Notes under the pieces: model-generated
Seen by the model: only the letters and a program-made list of their open reading frames with translations
Database searches by the model: none
What the model was told of the DNA's origin: nothing
Origin: Bacteroidota bacterium
GTDB lineage: Bacteria; Bacteroidota; Bacteroidia; 2-12-FULL-35-15
DNA length: 64,000 nucleotides
Direction: 5' to 3'
Assembly: GCA_947469885.1 (NCBI GenBank)
Contig: CANIQT010000014.1
Coordinates: 44,305-108,304, forward strand
Shown: positions 58,196-64,000 of the stretch, piece by piece
Layout of the letters: the number at the start of each line of letters is the position of its first letter
Position numbering within the stretch: the stretch's first letter is position 1
Position numbers and translations under genes: made by a program

Positions 58196-60160
58196 TTACT
58201 TAACAGTGGAAAGCACTGCTTTGTCGATGTTCACAGGATATTTTGTTTTCAACGAACCTATCCAATCTTTTTCCAAAAAGTTTTGATAATCGGCAGTTAC
58301 CATTCCTTTTGCTTCGGTGTACGATTTTGGTTCAGGTTTCATTAATTTATTAGTCACCACAATCATCAATTTTTTATCTTTCTCTGATTTAATATCTACT
58401 GAAGTTCCCGGATTCCAGTTTTTATCTACAAACTCGTTTTCGCCTTTGTTAAATATTTTAGAATCTACATTTAAATTTAGTTGAGAATCTTTATTTATTT
58501 CATCCAATATTTCTTTATCTGTTTTTTTCTTTTTCAACAATCCACGCACTTTAGCTGACACTTTTTCATCTCCGCAAGTATAAATTGTTGCATCAGCCCG
58601 CTCTTCCCACATGTATTTGGTTTTGTTTTTTTCGTAATACTCTTTAGAGCCAGTAGTATCTTTCACTGCTTTGCTCCATACTTTAGAATCGGTAAGTTCA
58701 AACAACAAAATACCATCTCTGTATTCTTGCATCAACGATTTGAATTCAGGATATTTTCCATCCAAACGGTTTTCTTCGTAAGCCACAGCACTCTCATCCA
58801 CAAACTGTTTGTAAAATTGATTCACCACCATGTTGGCATCTGACTTGGGGCGTTTGCTTTGATGAGTAGAGATGTAGTTCGCAAAATCAGTTTGAGTGTA
58901 AATCTTTTCGTTAAAGTTAAACATTGGTTTGTTCAATGCTTTTGCTTTTGCAGCATCCCATTTACCTTCGAACAAAGAAGTATCCATCACTTTATAAAAC
59001 TCATCTCTCAATTTAAGGTTGTCTTTAAATTTATATTCTGTTTTTACTTTTGCGATCAGCGATTCTCTACCTACTTGTGCACGAGAGTCTTTGGTCACCT
59101 TAGCTTTTAATTCAGCTTTCATATCGTCAAACGCAGCCAATCCACGTTTGTCAATCAATTTAATAACATGCCATCCATATTTTGTTCTTAAAATTTCGGA
59201 GTAATCCCCTTTGTTTTTTAACGCAAATGCAGCTTTTTCGAATTCGGCTGGCATTTTGTTGGTACCAAACCAAGGCAACTCTCCGCCTTTTTTTGCCGAT
59301 TGTTTATCGTCCGAAAACTGCTGTGCTAACTCGTCAAACTTACCACCTGCTTTTAGTTTGTTATAGATTTCGGTTACTTTTGCGTAAGCGTTCAACGAAT
59401 CTTCGTTATTCATATTCGGTGGTGTCTTAATCATAATGTGAGCACACAACAATTCGCCTTGTGCTGGTCTACGGTCGGTTACTTTGATAATGTGGTATCC
59501 ATAACGAGTGCGAACTGGTTGAGATATTTCACCAACTTTGGTGGTGTAAGCCACCGTTTCAAAGGTGTAAATCATTTGCATGGCGGTAAAAAATCCTAAA
59601 TCTCCACCATTGTCTTTTGCCGATGGGTCGTCCGAAATGCCTTTCTCGCTTGCCACTTTATTAAAATCTTCTCCCTTCATCACTCTCGCTCTAATTTTCA
59701 TAATCTTGTTGTATGCTTCCAAAGTATCTTTAGGCAATGCGCTTTCAGCTACTTTTACCAAAATGTGCGAAGCACGAACATCTTCTTTCATTCGGTTATA
59801 GGTTTCGTGAAGCAATTTGTCGTTCACATCTTTGTCGGTTAAATACGGTTGCGATAGTTGTTTGCGATAGCCAGCCAATTCATCACGAAACGCTTTTGCC
59901 GTGTCCATTCCAAGGCTTTCGGCTTCTTTCACTTTCAGTTTAAAGTTGACAAACAACTCTATATAATCGCTCAACGATTTGGCATCGTTTGCCCCATCTT
60001 TGGCATTGTTTTTATGATACACACTTTCAAATTCTCCCACTGTTACCTTGCTTCCGCCAATGGTCATAAGCACAGCATCTTTGTTTTGAGAGATAGCAAC
60101 TGCAGTCATCAGCATGGCTGCCGAAAGAAAAAGCACATTTTTTATTTTTACCTTATTCAT
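58196..60160 (-). CDS. Peptidyl-prolyl cis-trans isomerase with two parvulin domains
   Basis: RASHILV, SDDPSAKDNGGDLG, TRYGYHIIK, CAHIM, GGELPWF, EYRDGILLF. The ATG at 60160 (signal peptide) is preferred to the track start at 60244. Confidence 0.9.
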   Translation of the reverse strand: MNKVKIKNVLFLSAAMLMTAVAISQNKDAVLMTIGGSKVTVGEFESVYHKNNAKDGANDAKSLSDYIELFVNFKLKVKEAESLGMDTAKAFRDELAGYRKQLSQPYLTDKDVNDKLLHETYNRMKEDVRASHILVKVAESALPKDTLEAYNKIMKIRARVMKGEDFNKVASEKGISDDPSAKDNGGDLGFFTAMQMIYTFETVAYTTKVGEISQPVRTRYGYHIIKVTDRRPAQGELLCAHIMIKTPPNMNNEDSLNAYAKVTEIYNKLKAGGKFDELAQQFSDDKQSAKKGGELPWFGTNKMPAEFEKAAFALKNKGDYSEILRTKYGWHVIKLIDKRGLAAFDDMKAELKAKVTKDSRAQVGRESLIAKVKTEYKFKDNLKLRDEFYKVMDTSLFEGKWDAAKAKALNKPMFNFNEKIYTQTDFANYISTHQSKRPKSDANMVVNQFYKQFVDESAVAYEENRLDGKYPEFKSLMQEYRDGILLFELTDSKVWSKAVKDTTGSKEYYEKNKTKYMWEERADATIYTCGDEKVSAKVRGLLKKKKTDKEILDEINKDSQLNLNVDSKIFNKGENEFVDKNWNPGTSVDIKSEKDKKLMIVVTNKLMKPEPKSYTEAKGMVTADYQNFLEKDWIGSLKTKYPVNIDKAVLSTVK

Positions 60161-60544
60161 ATTTATTTTTTTAAATTTTGGAAGGCAAATGTACTTATTA
60201 TTATCAACCGTCAAAATAAAACTTGGGGGGTGCGCGATGAGCAAGGCTGTTAAAATTTGTTAAGGGTTTAGTAGGTAATTAGTCTTTAGGCATTGGTTTA
60301 TTGGTGGTCATTTGTAATTAATTCAAGTTGCTGGTTAATTTAATGTCAAATATGGCTTTTATTTCACATTGGAATACCTGTTTGAAAACAAAAACAATAA
60401 ACGGTTTGAATTAAATTTTAGAAAATGCCGAATACAAACTTTATATTTGCCATCTCCAACAAAAAGAGGAAAGAAAAGTAAATGTAACTTTATGAGCTTG
60501 TTGATTAAATTGCCAACCAGGACAAAACAATAAAAAAAAACAAA

Positions 60545-61075
60545 ATGAATATCTTCATCACCATTTTAATTTTAGTAGCCGGCATTGTTGCCTTGCTCTT
60601 AATCATTGGACTTTTTATGAAGAAGGAACATTATGCCAAACGTTCAATTATCATAAATGCACCTGTACAAAAAGTATTTGACTATGTAAAACTGCTCAAA
60701 AACCAAGACGAGTTTAACGAAGGTGCGATGGAAGACCCCAACAGGAAAAGAGAATTTAAAGGAACAGACGGAACAGTTGGATTTATTTATGCCTGGAGCG
60801 GAAATAAAGATGCCGGTGAAGGAGAAAAGGAAATTATGAACATTGAAGAAGGCAAAAGAATTGAAATGGAAATTCGATTTGTAAAACCAATGAGAGCAGT
60901 TGCCACTATCATTATGGATACCGAATCACTGTCAGGCACTCAAACCAAAGTATTGTGGAGCAATGCTGGTATTTTAAAATACCCTATAAACATTTTGATA
61001 CCAATGGTAGAGAAAAGTGTTGCCAAAGGTATGGATAGAAGTTTGCTAACATTAAAAAACATTCTCGAAAAATAA
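60545..61075 (+). CDS. SRPBCC family protein
   Basis: RSIIINAP, GTDGTVGFIYAWSG, GEGEKEI, IRFVKP. The -7 box TATATTTG is at 60442-60449. Confidence 0.88.
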   Translation: MNIFITILILVAGIVALLLIIGLFMKKEHYAKRSIIINAPVQKVFDYVKLLKNQDEFNEGAMEDPNRKREFKGTDGTVGFIYAWSGNKDAGEGEKEIMNIEEGKRIEMEIRFVKPMRAVATIIMDTESLSGTQTKVLWSNAGILKYPINILIPMVEKSVAKGMDRSLLTLKNILEK

Positions 61076-61100
61076 TCACAACAATAAAAATTCGCACAAA

Positions 61101-61628
61101 ATGAAAAAAACAACATTAATAGTATTAGCAATTCTCACATCCTTCTATTTTGGGTTTGCATTCAAAACAGTGATAACAAAACAAACTAAAGACCAAACAA
61201 AAATGAAAAGAGTGACAGGTATTGGTGGCATCTTTTTTAAATGCAAAGACACAAAAAAAATGAGAGAGTGGTATCAAACACACCTTGGATTAAATACAAA
61301 CCAGTACGGAGCCGTTTTTGAATGGCATCAAGGTGCCGATAGTACAAAAAAAGGTTTTTCGCAATGGAGTGTGTTTAATGAAAAAACAAAATATTTTGAA
61401 CCATCCACCAAAGACTTTATGATAAACTACCGTGTTGAAAATTTGGTAGCACTGGTTGGAGAGTTAAAAAAAGAAGGTGTTACCATTGCCGATACCATTG
61501 AAACGGCTGATTACGGAAAGTTTGTTCACATTATGGATATGGAAGGAAACAAAGTAGAATTGTGGGAACCAAACGACAATGAATACGAAAAATTAGGTAA
61601 ACAAATGGGGAGCAAAACAACAAAATAG
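61101..61628 (+). CDS. VOC/glyoxalase family protein
   Basis: VTGIGGIFFK, FMINYRVEN, YGKFVHIMDMEGNKVELWEP. Confidence 0.9.
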   Translation: MKKTTLIVLAILTSFYFGFAFKTVITKQTKDQTKMKRVTGIGGIFFKCKDTKKMREWYQTHLGLNTNQYGAVFEWHQGADSTKKGFSQWSVFNEKTKYFEPSTKDFMINYRVENLVALVGELKKEGVTIADTIETADYGKFVHIMDMEGNKVELWEPNDNEYEKLGKQMGSKTTK

Positions 61629-61662
61629 AAATTATTATCAATGCAATTAAAAAACAAACAAA

Positions 61663-62091
61663 ATGGATGAACAAAAAAACGAATCAACAAGCGTACCTTC
61701 AACTGACGACAAAACTCCTAAGGTAATCGGCATTGGAGGAATTTTCTTTTTTTCTGACAATACAAAAGAAATAAAAGAATGGTATGTAAAAAATTTAGGA
61801 TTTGATGTCAATGAATGGGGTTCAGTGAGTTTCGAACACAGAGACGTTAACAAACCTGAAGAAATAATCCCTCTTCAATGGAATCCATTCAAAAAAGGTA
61901 GCGAATATTTTGCACCTTCCAAAAAAGAATTTATGATTAATTACCGGGTTCAGAATATCGAAGCACTCGTAAATCAATTAAAGGAAAATGGAGTAACCAT
62001 TGTTGATGAAATGGCAACTTACGATTATGGAAAATTTATACATATTATGGATGCAGAAGGAAACAAAATTGAACTTTGGGAGCCAGCCTAA
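61663..62091 (+). CDS. VOC/glyoxalase family protein (tandem paralog)
   Basis: VIGIGGIFF, FMINYRVQN, YGKFIHIMDAEGNKIELWEP. Confidence 0.9.
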   Translation: MDEQKNESTSVPSTDDKTPKVIGIGGIFFFSDNTKEIKEWYVKNLGFDVNEWGSVSFEHRDVNKPEEIIPLQWNPFKKGSEYFAPSKKEFMINYRVQNIEALVNQLKENGVTIVDEMATYDYGKFIHIMDAEGNKIELWEPA

Positions 62092-62139
62092 ATGAACGTT
62101 ATAGAACTATTTAACTTTTCTAAAATAAAATAGGTATGT

Positions 62140-62778
62140 ATGTTAAAAAATAAAAACCCATTGATGAGTACCGATCGGCTACTGGCTTTTTCGGATGGAG
62201 TGTTTGCAATAGCCATCACCATTTTGGTATTAGAAATAAAACTACCCAAACACGAAGATTTAATTCTTTCACATGGGCTGTACAATTACCTCTGTCATCT
62301 CTGGCCCAGCTATCTTTCATACGGTTTAAGCTTTTTTGCTATTGGTGTTTATTGGAGCAATCATCACTGGGTTTTTACTTTTATAATTAAATCCAACCAT
62401 GTATTAAATATGTTGCACATTTGGTTTTTAATGGCAATATCTTTTTTGCCTTTTACTACCGCCATTCTTGGCGATTTTATTTTGTTTGATGAATACAAAA
62501 GTGCAGCCGTTACTGCCAGTTGCGTTGGATTTTTGCTTCCCGTACCTCCTGTGTTTATAATCTATTTGTATGCTGTGCATAAAAAAAGATTAGTGGCAAA
62601 AAATCTAAATCAAAAATTCATTGACAAACAAAAAATCAAACTGCTTTCAGGAATTGTATTTTCCGCACTCGCGCTTTGTTTTTCGTTCAACTATCCCAAT
62701 GTCTCGTTAATTATTATTTGTGTTAGTTTTGCAACTTTTCTCTTGCCTCCCGATGCACCAGTGTATGACGAGAAATGA
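62140..62778 (+). CDS. TMEM175 family (DUF1211) potassium channel
   Basis: RLLAFSDGVFAIAITILVLEI, YWSNHH, LPFTTA. Confidence 0.92.
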   Translation: MLKNKNPLMSTDRLLAFSDGVFAIAITILVLEIKLPKHEDLILSHGLYNYLCHLWPSYLSYGLSFFAIGVYWSNHHWVFTFIIKSNHVLNMLHIWFLMAISFLPFTTAILGDFILFDEYKSAAVTASCVGFLLPVPPVFIIYLYAVHKKRLVAKNLNQKFIDKQKIKLLSGIVFSALALCFSFNYPNVSLIIICVSFATFLLPPDAPVYDEK

Positions 62779-63167
62779 TAAATGGAGTCGAATAAAAACG
62801 ATGAACCAATAAACGGGAATAAAAATGATTAAAATAAAAAGGTAAGAATAATATCAATTCATCTTACAACTAAACGATTAAATCTTGTGATTAAAGAATG
62901 AAAGCGGTTAATGATGATATTGAATCTCTTGTTGAAATGACGAAATAATTGTGACACAGGATTGCATCACCTGATTAAACGCTGAAAGGTGATTGTTTTT
63001 TTTATAAATCAGGTTGTAAAAGGAAACAGTTTATCGCAAGAAGATATGTATGTCCCAATAAAAAATGATTAACACATGTTGATTAAAGAAATGCTACACC
63101 GTGCTACTTTTTTTTTATTTTTGTCGTCCATAAAAATTCAAAACCATTTCAGGCGGATAAAACAACT

Positions 63168-63932
63168 ATGTATTTACACAAAGTGCCATTGGTGCGGAAA
63201 AGAGGAAGGGCAAAACAGGTACTTATGTTATTGTTTCTTTTTATAGTTAACTGTGCTTGTGCCGAAACTTTTCAATTCAACCTCACCTTTATCGTTAAAA
63301 ATGATACCACCGATAACAAAGCGGTGTCGCTAAACGATTACCTGGTTTCGTATAAAATAAAAGATAAAAAAATGGAATACTTGGCTCATATAAAAAGAGA
63401 AAAAGGGTTTAGACTTGATCTCGAATCGGGCGAAGAATATACTTTTACATTTACTAAACCTGGCTATACCATGCAGAAGGTGGTGGTGGATACTAAAATT
63501 CCAGACAAAAGAGATAAAGAAAAATTCAGAAAAATGTTGTGCATTCTTAATTTCGAAAAAGCACCAATTGAATTTATTGTTGGCAATTCAAAGCCGGTTG
63601 TCAGAATTTGCTACCGCCCCGACATCAAAGAATTTGACTACGACCCTAATTATACTTTTGCTCCCATAGATGTAGACTTAATTAAAAAAAGAGATAAACT
63701 GTTTAACAAAGCATGGTGGTTGCTGCACGATGGCAATTACAAAGGAGCACTTGCAGCTTTTGCCGATTTGATTCAAAAAAACCCACAAGATCTGGCATCT
63801 ATCTATAATCATGGCAAAGCAGCATTTAAACTTAATGATAAAAAAACAGCTTGTGCCGATTGGAGTAAGGTAAAGTCTATGAACAAAGAATTTGCTGATA
63901 ATTTATTGAAGAGTTATTGTTCTGAAAAATAA
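63168..63932 (+). CDS. Secreted protein with C-terminal TPR
   Basis: Signal-like N-terminus, FTKPGY beta domain, TPR motif GNYKGALAAF..YNHGKA..ACADWSK. Confidence 0.75.
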   Translation: MYLHKVPLVRKRGRAKQVLMLLFLFIVNCACAETFQFNLTFIVKNDTTDNKAVSLNDYLVSYKIKDKKMEYLAHIKREKGFRLDLESGEEYTFTFTKPGYTMQKVVVDTKIPDKRDKEKFRKMLCILNFEKAPIEFIVGNSKPVVRICYRPDIKEFDYDPNYTFAPIDVDLIKKRDKLFNKAWWLLHDGNYKGALAAFADLIQKNPQDLASIYNHGKAAFKLNDKKTACADWSKVKSMNKEFADNLLKSYCSEK

Positions 63933-63966
63933 AACCTGCATCTTTGCATTACTAAATACAAATACA

Positions 63967-64000
63967 ATGAAAAATAAAATTTTACTGCTGTCGGTTATCA
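63967..64000 (+). CDS. Start of a secreted protein truncated by the window end
   Basis: ATG after an A-rich leader and CATCTTTG promoter-like box. MKNKILLLSVI is signal-peptide-like. Confidence 0.45.
   Translation, partial: MKNKILLLSVI

Overview
64-kb chromosomal window from a Bacteroidota bacterium. The assignment rests on TAnnTTTG -7 promoters, T9SS C-terminal domains, a PorP/SprF gene and a flexirubin/aryl-polyene-type fatty-acid synthase sub-cluster. Housekeeping blocks (guaB, mutL-rhomboid-rhomboid-EEP, ribBA, PPIase/surA/moxR) surround a ~23-kb low-oxygen/N-oxide island at about 16.5-39.6 kb. The island holds a clade II nos operon (cyt c-nosZ-nosB/L fusion-nosD-nosF-nosY-truncated globin), a Crp/Fnr regulator, and an operon of a His-rich membrane protein, a NorC-like cytochrome, a NorB-like subunit, tryptophanase and a CxCC beta-barrel. 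It also carries nrdJ, nadA-nadX, a desaturase and a decayed duplicate gene. The NorB-like subunit has a rebuilt active site: helix VI His->Asn, Glu->Val/Asn, and low-spin heme His->Met. A TATGA-N6-TCATA palindrome occurs 7 times in the island, at five promoters 21-22 bp upstream of the -7 box. NosF has a broken Walker A (GPNGSEKT). Four sequence-unrelated intergenic tandem arrays all have 21/42-bp periods, three of them built of palindromes. Several inverted 7-bp-period elements are also present, and related heptamers lie in frame inside a ketosynthase gene. Two small ORFs missed by the ORF track were found. No rRNA, tRNA, CRISPR-cas or transposase was recognised. All family assignments are from motif recognition, not database searches.
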